A stretch of DNA of 20,371 nt from a bacterium (GTDB lineage: Bacteria > BMS3Abin14): assembly GCA_020349685.1 (NCBI GenBank), contig CP070698.1, positions 1,908,200 through 1,928,570 on the forward strand, given 5' to 3'. A program made the translations under genes and the position numbers. Positions 1 through 9,165 of this stretch are shown here, piece by piece. The notes beneath the pieces were generated by a model, which was not told where the DNA came from, made no database searches, and worked only from the letters and a program-made list of their open reading frames with translations. The number at the start of each line of letters is the position of its first letter. The stretch's first letter is position 1.

Positions 1-261
1 CGCCGCCTCGAGCTTGGCAAGTTCGAGATCGGGATCGTTGCAGGCAAGACTGGTGCCGATGTTGGCGTTGACCTTGACGGTGAAGGGTTTACCGATCCCT
101 TTCGGTTTCAGGGAGGTGTGGGCCGGGTTGGCCGGTATGACCGATTCTCCACTGGCCAGCGAAGCGCACACCTCCTCTGCGGTGAGGCTCTCCCGGGCTG
201 CGACGTACCGCATCTCATTTGTGATACGCCCTTCAAGGGCCGCCATCCTTTGGGTGCTCAT
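1..261 (-). CDS. thiC: ThiC-family radical SAM enzyme (phosphomethylpyrimidine synthase, or a BzaA/B/F paralog); N-terminal fragment running off the left edge
   Basis: Not in the ORF track. Manual translation from ATG at 261: MSTQRMAALEGRITNEMRYVAARESLTAEEVCASLASGESVIPANPAHTSLKPKGIGKPFTVKVNANIGTSLACNDPDLELAKLEAA. TQ..A..G.IT.EM..VA..E, VIPAN..H and IG....KVNANIGTS are the N-terminal signature of short-form ThiC. Confidence 0.88.
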   Translation of the reverse strand, partial: MSTQRMAALEGRITNEMRYVAARESLTAEEVCASLASGESVIPANPAHTSLKPKGIGKPFTVKVNANIGTSLACNDPDLELAKLEAA

Positions 262-437
262 TCACTGAACTCCGGTGGAGGGATCGCTGTTGCCTAATAT
301 TAAGGCATGATTTCCAGTCACGGCAGATCCTCGAGTGCCGCATTCGTGATGAAGGCAGCTTCCCTCTTTCTAATTAAATTATAACCCTCCTGCACCTCTT
401 TTTGTCCTCCATAAATCACATGGCCATCTGGAGCCTT

Positions 438-1781
438 TCATTTCATGAGGGGCAGGACCCAGATGAGCACCATTAATACGTAACACAGAACGAGCGAGGC
501 CAGCACATAGGGTACCGTGTAGGAGAAGAACTGCCGGAGGGAAAATTTTTCTCCATCTTCCTTCTCACCCATCATGAGGGCCACATAAAGGGCAGGTGCA
601 CCAGCTATGGTGAGGTTGCTTCCAAGCGTCCCCGACCAGACAAGGCCCCAGTAATAGGGCCAGACATTCACATCAATTGTCTCACCCAGGTCCCTGATAA
701 CGTAAAGCAGTGTCAGTATAAAGGCATCGTGTTCGACGATTCCAACGATGGGAGCCGTGACCCAGTACATAACCGACGTACCGACAAGGAGGCCTTTCTG
801 TATGAAGGGAATGAACCAGTTGGCAACGATGTCGAGAATGTGGGTGTGTTCGAGGCCGCCCACAAGGGCGAACAGGGCTGCGTAAAATGCTATGGCGTTC
901 CACTCTATCTCGGCCAGCATATGCTCGAGATCAGGGATGTCGAATTTGAGAGGTTTTTTCAGGATCTCGATGGCCAGAACGAGAAGCACGGTTCCGGTGA
1001 AGGCGATAAACCCGAGCTTTACCCCGAGGTACTGCCTAAGGGACATGCCGATAATGGTAAGGATAAAGCCGCCCACCACCAGTGCAGCAAACTTCTTGTC
1101 CTTGATGTGCTCAACGGTCTGACCTGCGGCTTCATGGGCCGCCTCTTCATCCAGGACACAAAAAGCAAGTTCCGATTTCAGAAACTTGAAATAGAAGAGA
1201 AGGCAGACTACCAGATAAACCGCTGTGAGGATGATGAACGACGAGGGCCTTCCCGAATGCCAGATGAATCCTGCGAATTCGACACCCGAGACGCTGTGAA
1301 GCATCTGGGGTGGGAGGTCGCCGAGGAGAAGAGCCGTCCCCATGAAATTGGAACACAGGCCGATGAACAGGATGGGACCGGTAGCTTTGAATCCGTAGAG
1401 CTTTCGGATGTGAAAAACGATAGGTGCCAGCATAAGAACAACCACCACGTTGTCTATGAACATGGAGACGAAACCGGCAAGGCCACCGATGAGTGTCACA
1501 AACAGGGGGATGCTCCCTCTGGACCAGTGCAGCGTACGGTCACCAAGATATTCGGGAATACCTGTTTTACCGAAGTACCCGGCGATGAGCCAGACGCTAA
1601 TCAATATCATGAGAACGTTCCAGTCCACGAACTGGAAGGCCTGGACTTCGGTCATGCTGCCCACTGCCACCATGGCGATAACACCGAGCAGAGCCGCAAC
1701 CACGGTGTCGATCTTCCTGATGATGACGAAGATAATCGTGATCGTAAATATCAATAAGGTAATGATCTGGATCGGTTCCAT
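438..1781 (-). CDS. Ion-transporter superfamily permease (ArsB/NhaD/SLC13/CitMHS-like anion or carboxylate transporter)
   Basis: 447 aa, highly hydrophobic with many TM segments. Motifs VDWNVL, SMFIDNVVVV, SNFMGTALLLGDLPP and GTLGSNLTIAGAPA are typical ArsB/NhaD-family hairpin repeats. RBS GAGGGAG upstream. Confidence 0.85.
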   Translation of the reverse strand: MEPIQIITLLIFTITIIFVIIRKIDTVVAALLGVIAMVAVGSMTEVQAFQFVDWNVLMILISVWLIAGYFGKTGIPEYLGDRTLHWSRGSIPLFVTLIGGLAGFVSMFIDNVVVVLMLAPIVFHIRKLYGFKATGPILFIGLCSNFMGTALLLGDLPPQMLHSVSGVEFAGFIWHSGRPSSFIILTAVYLVVCLLFYFKFLKSELAFCVLDEEAAHEAAGQTVEHIKDKKFAALVVGGFILTIIGMSLRQYLGVKLGFIAFTGTVLLVLAIEILKKPLKFDIPDLEHMLAEIEWNAIAFYAALFALVGGLEHTHILDIVANWFIPFIQKGLLVGTSVMYWVTAPIVGIVEHDAFILTLLYVIRDLGETIDVNVWPYYWGLVWSGTLGSNLTIAGAPALYVALMMGEKEDGEKFSLRQFFSYTVPYVLASLVLCYVLMVLIWVLPLMK

Positions 1782-1861
1782 AGGGCTCCCTCTTAACTAA
1801 AAAATTAATATTATTTGATGATATATCTGTGTCTGACTGACGGGTCTCCTATGGCAGGATT

Positions 1862-2803
1862 TTATAAGCCCGCCATCATTGTCTTCCAGCGATGGGCAAC
1901 AGCGTCTCGAAGTGCTGCCTTTGCCTCTTCAGGCCCGTGAGGATTGTATCCCACCAATTGCCTGGCCAGGGTGTCGTCCAGCTCCCAGGGGTCGGCCAGG
2001 AAGGGGCTTCCCCTCCACTCGCGGGCCGGGACGGATCTTATCTCTGAGGCGGATCCGGTCACGTCTTTCACGATACCGGCCACTTCGTTCCACGTCACGT
2101 AAACTGTGGCCAGGTTAAAGGTCTGGCCGTATGCAGCCGGTGCGAAAAGACACTTTTCGATCCCCTGGTAAAGGTCTGCCATGTGCAGAAAACTTCCTCC
2201 TGAATCGCCCGGAAATTCGAGCGGTTCGCCGTCAGCGGCGGTCTGCAGCATCTGTCTTAAATGCCTGCCGCCGATGTCGTCACCGTAAGCCCACCAGAAA
2301 CGGATCACGGTGGCCGGCAGCCCTCTCTCCTTCCAGTACATGAGGCAAAGCTTTTCAGCGGCCGCTTTGGCGATCCCGTAAAGAGGTTTCCTCGCCTCTT
2401 CCACAACAAGGGGATGATCCTCGTCAATGGGTGAATACCGGGGCTTCCCGTACACAACTGCTGTACTGGTGTATATAAGGTGCCCCGTTTTCTGTTCTGA
2501 CATCTCTTCTAGCAGGTTGATGTGACCCTTCAGATCCTGGTTAAGGGTTTCCATTGGATCAGAGGAGAAAGACCAGGCCAGGTGTATGACGGCATCCATG
2601 CCTTTGACCGCCCCTTTCACCATGTCCCGGTCCTCAAGGTGACCCTCCATGAGGACCAGCCGCTCCCCTTCCAAGGCCTTTAGAGGTCCGGTGTCCCTGT
2701 CGAGAACGGTGACCCCGTACCCTCCCTTTAAAAACGACTCGGTCAGGAACATGCCGCACGAACCGGCTCCTCCCGTGATCAGGATATTCTTTCCAGCGTT
2801 CAT
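1862..2803 (-). CDS. NAD(P)-dependent epimerase/dehydratase family protein (extended SDR)
   Basis: Rossmann ILITGGAGSCG, DAVIHLA, YTSTAVVYG, catalytic YGIAK (YxxxK); RBS GAGGGAG. Confidence 0.9.
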   Translation of the reverse strand: MNAGKNILITGGAGSCGMFLTESFLKGGYGVTVLDRDTGPLKALEGERLVLMEGHLEDRDMVKGAVKGMDAVIHLAWSFSSDPMETLNQDLKGHINLLEEMSEQKTGHLIYTSTAVVYGKPRYSPIDEDHPLVVEEARKPLYGIAKAAAEKLCLMYWKERGLPATVIRFWWAYGDDIGGRHLRQMLQTAADGEPLEFPGDSGGSFLHMADLYQGIEKCLFAPAAYGQTFNLATVYVTWNEVAGIVKDVTGSASEIRSVPAREWRGSPFLADPWELDDTLARQLVGYNPHGPEEAKAALRDAVAHRWKTMMAGL

Positions 2804-2817
2804 GACCAGGCTCCCTC

Positions 2818-2875
2818 AAAAAAGGAGAAGCGGCTGGAGGTTTAAGGGTATATCTTTATCCGGCCCGTTTCTCCT
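2818..2875 (-). terminator. Possible intrinsic terminator or attenuator between tctA and the SDR gene
   Basis: On the minus strand an imperfect stem AGGAGAA-A-CGG...CCG-C-TTCTCCT ends in a T6 tract directly before the SDR RBS. Confidence 0.45.
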
Positions 2876-3039
2876 CGACAATCATCCCTGGATGAAATTT
2901 CAAAGCTGTTTTCCTGACCTTGAAACATTCTCCATGGAGCGCCTGCCATTACCAGCGCTCTGAGGTAATGAAACCGTCTCAACCGAAAATCCAGGGCTGT
3001 CCCAGGCACGGGCCAGCCCCGACCAGCTGCTGATAGTAT

Positions 3040-4560
3040 TTAGGCAGCTTGCGCCTTGCCCGCCTTGACTTTGGCCTTGACGAGCTGGAAAACAGGGAAG
3101 GCGAAGAGGAGTATCGCCACGATCATGAACCACTTTGAGATTGGCCTGTCGAAGAAGACCATGGGGTTCCCGTCGCCCATGATCAGGGACTGCCGGAAGA
3201 ACCTCTCCGTCATGTCGCCCAGCACCAGGGCTACTGCCAGAGGCGCAAGGGGATATTTCAACTTCTTCATCACGTACCCGATCCATCCGAAGATGAGCGT
3301 GCACCAGACGTCGAACATGATGTTGCGCATGACGAAACTGCCGATGAAGCAGGCGATGATGATCGTAGGGGTGAGCATCCCCCACGGCACCCTCATGATG
3401 GCGGCGAGGGCCGGGACGCCCACCATGCAGATGATGAGGCAGACGGTGCCGGACAGGAAGAGGCTTGCTATGAGACCCCACACAAAGACCGGCTGCTCCG
3501 TAAAGAGCCTGGGACCAGGCCACAGGCCCCACATGTAAAGGCCCGCCAGCAGAACGGCGGCCGTGGGTGAACCCGGGATACCCAGGGAGACCATGGGAAG
3601 CAGGGAACCGGTACCGGCGGAGTTGGCCGCAGCCTGGGGGGCGATGACCCCCTCGATGGCCCCATGCCCGTACCTCTCCGGATGTTTGGAGTACTGCTTG
3701 GCAAGACCGTAGCCCAGGAAGGAGGCCGGTGTGGCGCCCGTTCCGGGAAGAACGCCGACGAAAAAGCCCATCAGGGATGCAAGGACCGTCTGGGGGAAGA
3801 AGGCCCAGATGGCCTTGAGGCCTTCCTTCATGTCCTTGATGCCCACCTTGGCGTGGATGACCTCCTTGATCTCCGTGTTGAAGCGATCTTCGCCGTCGAT
3901 CATGATCTCACCGATGCCGAACATCCCGATGGTGATGGGAACGAAGTGGTAGCCGCTCAGCCAGGAGATCTGGCCGAAGGTCAGCCGAGGCTGACCTGTG
4001 ACGAGGTCCAGACCAACTGCGGTTAGAAGGAGTCCGAAGGCGGTGCTCACCAGGGTCTTGGAAGGCTGACCGGTGCCCAGACCAACGAAAGTACTGAAGG
4101 CCAGTAGCATGATGGCGAACATCTCCGGTGGACCGAATTTGAGCGCGAACAGGGCCAGGGGCATGGCCGCGGCCACAAATATGAGCGCCGCTACAACAAT
4201 CCCGACGAAAGAGGCTATGAAGGCGGCAGAAAGCGCCAGCCCCGACTTGCCCTGCTTGGCCATGGGATACCCGTCGAAGATAAGGGCCACGGACCACGGC
4301 TCGCCCGGTATGGCGAAGAGGACCGAGGTGATGACACCGCCATACAGTGCTCCCCAGTAGATGGCCGCAAGGAAGATGATCGCGACCTCCGGCGGAACGA
4401 GGACGGTCAGGGGAAGCAGGAGGGCGACACCGGCCGTACCGCCCAGCCCGGGCAGGACGCCCACGGCCAGGCCCAGCAGCAGCCCCAGGACCATCATCAG
4501 CAGGGACAGGGGCTGAAAAGCGACCCCGAACCCCATCATTAGGTGACCTATTGTTTCCAT
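3040..4560 (-). CDS. tctA: Tripartite tricarboxylate transporter, large permease TctA
   Basis: 506 aa. Duplicated TctA motif GVLPGLGGTAG / GVLPGTGATPAS, plus YGGVITSVLFAIPG, DGYPMAKQG, GLDLVTGQPRLTFG, LGIPGS. RBS GGGAGG. Confidence 0.95.
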   Translation of the reverse strand: METIGHLMMGFGVAFQPLSLLMMVLGLLLGLAVGVLPGLGGTAGVALLLPLTVLVPPEVAIIFLAAIYWGALYGGVITSVLFAIPGEPWSVALIFDGYPMAKQGKSGLALSAAFIASFVGIVVAALIFVAAAMPLALFALKFGPPEMFAIMLLAFSTFVGLGTGQPSKTLVSTAFGLLLTAVGLDLVTGQPRLTFGQISWLSGYHFVPITIGMFGIGEIMIDGEDRFNTEIKEVIHAKVGIKDMKEGLKAIWAFFPQTVLASLMGFFVGVLPGTGATPASFLGYGLAKQYSKHPERYGHGAIEGVIAPQAAANSAGTGSLLPMVSLGIPGSPTAAVLLAGLYMWGLWPGPRLFTEQPVFVWGLIASLFLSGTVCLIICMVGVPALAAIMRVPWGMLTPTIIIACFIGSFVMRNIMFDVWCTLIFGWIGYVMKKLKYPLAPLAVALVLGDMTERFFRQSLIMGDGNPMVFFDRPISKWFMIVAILLFAFPVFQLVKAKVKAGKAQAA

Positions 4561-4601
4561 CTATACCTCCCGATCTTTGATGCCGTTATTAATATGTCAG
4601 G

Positions 4602-4615
4602 TTGTATTACCAATT
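4602..4615 (-). promoter_or_regulatory. Candidate FadR/GntR-type operator upstream of tctA
   Basis: Minus strand AATTGGTAATACAA resembles AATTGGTAGGACAA (13325-13338) and the AATTGGTnnnACCAATT PdhR/LldR-type consensus. It lies in an unusually long (218 bp) tctB-tctA spacer. Confidence 0.35.
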
Positions 4616-4778
4616 TCTCAACGCTTGAAAAGGTAGCCGCGTTATGAAGTGCCTTTTCTTCCAGTGACAGTCCACCTAGCGCTCTTTTCGGCCGGTATCA
4701 CATCTGATAGGCCAGGTACGGTATCTATACCGCTATAGGCTTGGGACAGTGTCTCCGGTTTCCCCCCTTCATAAAACT

Positions 4779-5258
4779 TCAGATGATGAATTTGCCCTGC
4801 ATGTACAGCGGGCTCCTGGGGAGGGGGATCTTCAAACCGACTTCCATACCGAAGTAGACGGTCAACGTGATGATGACGGTAAAGGCGATCACGGCGGTCC
4901 AGCTGTGTTTTCCCAGCCAGCGCACGAAGATGGGAGAGAAGATGAGCATGGCGAAATACACGCCCGCATAGACAACGATTACCGAAAATATCAACGTCAT
5001 GAGCGCGATCCGGCCGGCCTCCATCATGCCCTCTTTGTTGATGAAAAAGTTGTCATCCTCCTTCTTTTCCCTGCGCCAGCCGAGATAAAACAGAAATGCT
5101 GAACAGCCCAGCATCAGCAGCGCCAGGTAAAAGGGCACCATCCCCGCCTGGGGTCCCTGCTGCGGCTCCCAGCCGAACCCCAGCCGGAAGCATTCCCAAA
5201 TGACAATGAGCGATACAACCATAAACAAAGCTGCGACGATCATTTCACCTTTTCTCAA
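4779..5258 (-). CDS. tctB: Tripartite tricarboxylate transporter, small permease TctB
   Basis: 159 aa, about 4-5 TM segments, GP.AG..P motif, C-terminal F..GLKIPLP. TTG start with AGGAGG RBS. Lies between tctC and tctA. Confidence 0.9.
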   Translation of the reverse strand: MRKGEMIVAALFMVVSLIVIWECFRLGFGWEPQQGPQAGMVPFYLALLMLGCSAFLFYLGWRREKKEDDNFFINKEGMMEAGRIALMTLIFSVIVVYAGVYFAMLIFSPIFVRWLGKHSWTAVIAFTVIITLTVYFGMEVGLKIPLPRSPLYMQGKFII

Positions 5259-5280
5259 TTGATCCTCCTAAAAGTAAGGA

Positions 5281-5321
5281 AAAGGGGGTGCAGGGCAACG
5301 TGCAGGACCCTGCACCCCCTT
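5281..5321 (-). terminator. Strong stem-loop after tctC (partial terminator or mRNA-stabilising hairpin)
   Basis: Perfect 14-bp inverted repeat AAGGGGGTGCAGGG (5282-5295) / CCCTGCACCCCCTT (5308-5321), followed on the minus strand by TTCCTTACTTTT. Confidence 0.7.
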
Positions 5322-5352
5322 CGTCAATGAGTCAATTCCCCTTGACTGTTTC

Positions 5353-6327
5353 CTACTTGATCCAGCCCTGGGATTTCATGATATCGATGTGCTTCTTCTC
5401 GTAATCCTCGGCGAACTTCATGAGAGCGTCGCCGGTGAGGAACGTCCTTTTCAGGCCGGTCTTTTCAGCAAAAGCCTTCCAGTCGGCATCCTCGGAGATC
5501 TTCTGGAACAGGCCCACCAGTCCATCCTGGGCCTCCTTGGAGATGCCGGGAGGCGCGAAGATGGCGCGCATCATCTCGTAGCTGAAGTCGAGGCCCACCT
5601 CTTTACCCGTGGGAACGTCCTCGTAACCAGGGATAGCCAGCCTCTCGTCCTGGAAGACGCAAAGCGGGCGCACGAACTCCGGGAAAAATCCGCCGGCCTC
5701 AGAGACCTGGTTCACGGACGCTTCGATGTGCTTGCCCACGAGAGCTTTGGCCACGTCTCCGCCGCCCTTGAAGGGAACATATTTAAAGGGCTTGGTACCA
5801 GCGATCTTCTCGATGGCCCTGAAGACGATCTCGTCTTCCTGCTTCGAGCCGGTGCCGCCCACCTGGATGCTCTTCTCCTTGGCCGCGGCTATGAAGTCCG
5901 CTGCCGTTTTGTAGGGGCTGTCCTTGTAAACCCAGAGCGGGAAGTTGTCGAGAGCAAGCAGTGCGATGGGCGTAAAGTCTCGGAAGGTGAAGGGCAGGTT
6001 CTGGAACAGCGGTGTGGTGATAAAGCTGTTCAGGGTGATGAGCATCTGGTAGCCGTTGCCCTTCTGTCCGAGGACGGCCTGCATGGCCACCGCGCCGGCG
6101 CCGCCCGGCTTGTTGACCGGGATGATAGCCTCGGAAATGTATTTCCCTTTAACGTTGAGACCGATGAGGAAGCGGGCATATTTGTCAGCACCGCCGCCAG
6201 CACCTGCCGAGATCGTGAACTCGACGGGCCTCGTGGGCCAGGCAGCCTCAGCGACCTGTCCAAAGAGGAAAACACATGCGATTGGAACAAGCAAAAGGAT
6301 AAACAAACGCGTTCTTAGCACTTTCAT
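5353..6327 (-). CDS. tctC: Tripartite tricarboxylate transporter, periplasmic substrate-binding protein TctC (Bug family)
   Basis: Signal peptide ending AEA-A, WPTRPVEF, AGGGADKYAR, VNKPGGAG, VPFKGGG, DVPTGKE.G. ATG at 6327 is preferred over GTG 6336 because of spacing from AAGGAGG. Confidence 0.93.
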   Translation of the reverse strand: MKVLRTRLFILLLVPIACVFLFGQVAEAAWPTRPVEFTISAGAGGGADKYARFLIGLNVKGKYISEAIIPVNKPGGAGAVAMQAVLGQKGNGYQMLITLNSFITTPLFQNLPFTFRDFTPIALLALDNFPLWVYKDSPYKTAADFIAAAKEKSIQVGGTGSKQEDEIVFRAIEKIAGTKPFKYVPFKGGGDVAKALVGKHIEASVNQVSEAGGFFPEFVRPLCVFQDERLAIPGYEDVPTGKEVGLDFSYEMMRAIFAPPGISKEAQDGLVGLFQKISEDADWKAFAEKTGLKRTFLTGDALMKFAEDYEKKHIDIMKSQGWIK

Positions 6328-6445
6328 GGTCTTCACACCTCCTTTAAGGAAAAAACCTAGACCATGTTAACCCCCCTAGTCGTCACTAACCATTTATCTC
6401 GTATGCCCTCAACACCTCCTTTCAATTTACTCGTACAATAATATG

Positions 6446-6497
6446 TCCCAGCGCCCCGGCGGCCCCGCAGATCCGAGGTACCGCCGGTGCGCTGGGA
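6446..6497 (-). terminator. GC-rich stem-loop between the oxidoreductase beta gene and tctC
   Basis: TCCCAGCGC-C-CCGGCGG ... CCGCCGG-T-GCGCTGGGA inverted repeat, followed on the minus strand by CATATTATT (no clean U-tract). Confidence 0.5.
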
Positions 6498-6549
6498 AAG
6501 ACCTATCTAATAATACATAGAATTACCACACGGCTCAACCCAATCAGCC

Positions 6550-7560
<1,011 letters not shown>

Positions 7561-7594
7561 TCATATTCCTTCGCAAAGTCAAGACGACGGTTTC

Positions 7595-8800
7595 CTATTT
7601 GTGGGTGTCCAGAACTTCCTTCTCGAAGTTCATCCAATAGGAATCGTTGGCTTTCCCGGTCTTGACCGCATCGGAAAGAACCTTGGCCATGGCGTAGAAC
7701 TCATTAAGCGTAACGATCTCACCGCCCAGACCTGCCATGAAGGAGGTGACGATGGGTCGCTTGTCCAGCGGATAAAGGGCGGACCTTGTCTCATGGATGA
7801 TGTTGCCGCCACGGGACTGGCCGCCGTAGGAGGTGCTGGTCTCAACAGTCCCTACAGCCTTGACCTTGGAGAGGGATTCCTGGATGGCCTTGGTGGGGAA
7901 GGGCCTCATGAAGCGCAGCCTGGCCACACCGACCTTCACACCCTGCTTGCGCAGATGGTTTACGGCGAAGCGTGCAGTCCTGGCGTGGGCTCCCTGCAGG
8001 AAGAAGGCGATCTCGGCGTCGTCCATCATGTACTCGTCCACGAAGGGGCTGTACTTCCTTCCGAACTGCTTGTTGTAGTCCTTGACCACCTCTTCGATGA
8101 CGGATTCAATCTCGTCAAAGGCCACCGCCCGCTGAACGTTGATAGCCGAGCCCTGGTCCGGGAAGATCTGGGGACCGTGGTTCACGGGCCTGTTGGGATC
8201 CAGGGGATGCGGCGGGTTGTAGGGAGGCAGGAACTCATCGACCGCCTTCTGGTCTTCCAGCTTCATCCTGCCGGGGATGTGGGACACGAAGTAACCGTCC
8301 TGGCAGCAGAACTGGGGCAGCTGGACCCGATGGTCCTCACCGATCCGGTAGTACATGATCGTGTTGTCGTAAACCTCCTGGGGAGACTCGGCCCAACCCA
8401 TGATCCAGCCCTGGTCTCGAGCGCCCATGACATCGGTGTGCTCGGATCCGAAGTCGCCGGGGGGGTCGAGGGCACGGTCGGCGATGGCCATCTGGCAGGG
8501 CAGGCGGCCACCGGCAGCGGGGGAGTAGCACTCCATGGCGTAGGCGACACCGACACCGGAGCTACCAGTGTAGGCCCTGGCGCCGGCGGCGGAGGCTCCG
8601 TAAGCGATGGAAACCTGGGCGTGCTCACCCTCACCGTGGACGAACTCGGCATCGAGTTCACCGTTGGCGACCAGCTTGGAAAGCTCCATCATGATGCCCG
8701 TGTAAGGCCGGATGGGATAGGAGCTGATCACCTCGACTCTCGCATCTTTTGCTCCGTATGCAGCAGCGGCGCAGCCGCTGTAGAATACCTCTTTTGCCAT
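7595..8800 (-). CDS. Oxalate oxidoreductase-type 2-oxoacid:ferredoxin oxidoreductase, alpha subunit
   Basis: True start ATG 8800 (MAKEVFYSGC, RBS AGGAGG), not 8860. YPIRP (Arg31 in place of the PFOR YPITP Thr), GEGEH, and DRALDPPGDF giving Arg109, Asp116, Phe117 at the same numbering I recall for the oxalate oxidoreductase alpha chain. Confidence 0.9.
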   Translation of the reverse strand: MAKEVFYSGCAAAAYGAKDARVEVISSYPIRPYTGIMMELSKLVANGELDAEFVHGEGEHAQVSIAYGASAAGARAYTGSSGVGVAYAMECYSPAAGGRLPCQMAIADRALDPPGDFGSEHTDVMGARDQGWIMGWAESPQEVYDNTIMYYRIGEDHRVQLPQFCCQDGYFVSHIPGRMKLEDQKAVDEFLPPYNPPHPLDPNRPVNHGPQIFPDQGSAINVQRAVAFDEIESVIEEVVKDYNKQFGRKYSPFVDEYMMDDAEIAFFLQGAHARTARFAVNHLRKQGVKVGVARLRFMRPFPTKAIQESLSKVKAVGTVETSTSYGGQSRGGNIIHETRSALYPLDKRPIVTSFMAGLGGEIVTLNEFYAMAKVLSDAVKTGKANDSYWMNFEKEVLDTHK

Positions 8801-8816
8801 CTTATCAAACCTCCTC

Positions 8817-9149
8817 TTAGAAGGGTTTCTCCAGACGAACGACGCCGTCGGGGAACTCAAGCTCGTTTACCGGCTCGAGACAGTTCGCGGGGCACTCGTT
8901 GATACAGATCAGACAGCCCTTGCAGTAGTCCGCGTTCCACACCATCTGCTCGGTTTTCTCATCCAGGTGCCAGCAGGCGTCCGGACAGTAGATGAAACAG
9001 TTCAGGCATGTCGTGCAGGCTTCGTGATCGATAACGGGCCGCTCGGTCCGCCAGTTGCCGGTGATCATGCCGGGCTGCTCCTTAACCGGGGCCGGAAGGA
9101 CGGCTCCCAGAGGGACCTCAAGGTGTTTCGGGATAATAAATCTTGACAT
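8817..9149 (-). CDS. 2-oxoacid (oxalate):ferredoxin oxidoreductase, delta subunit, 2x[4Fe-4S]
   Basis: TGNWRTERPVID, CTTCLNCFIYCPD and YCKGCLICINECP (two CxxCxxCxxxCP motifs); own RBS AAGGAG. Confidence 0.92.
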   Translation of the reverse strand: MSRFIIPKHLEVPLGAVLPAPVKEQPGMITGNWRTERPVIDHEACTTCLNCFIYCPDACWHLDEKTEQMVWNADYCKGCLICINECPANCLEPVNELEFPDGVVRLEKPF

Positions 9150-9165
9150 TTTATTCTCCTTTCAA

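Noticed and set aside
14-268. 84-aa plus-strand ORF
   Set aside because: Antisense shadow of the thiC-family gene found on the minus strand.
262-437. TPP or cobalamin riboswitch upstream of thiC
   Set aside because: Conserved cores were not found by eye; a covariance-model scan would be decisive.
729-1757. 342-aa plus-strand ORF
   Set aside because: Antisense to the permease; no recognisable motifs; typical GC-rich codon-bias artefact.
2900-3532. 210-aa minus-strand ORF
   Set aside because: Alternative frame overlapping tctA; His/Arg-rich composition with no family signature.
5389-6318. 309-aa plus-strand ORF
   Set aside because: Antisense shadow of tctC.
8801-8860. N-terminal extension of alpha in the ORF track (MSSPTASF...)
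   Set aside because: Overlaps the delta gene; the AGGAGG RBS and residue numbering support ATG 8800.
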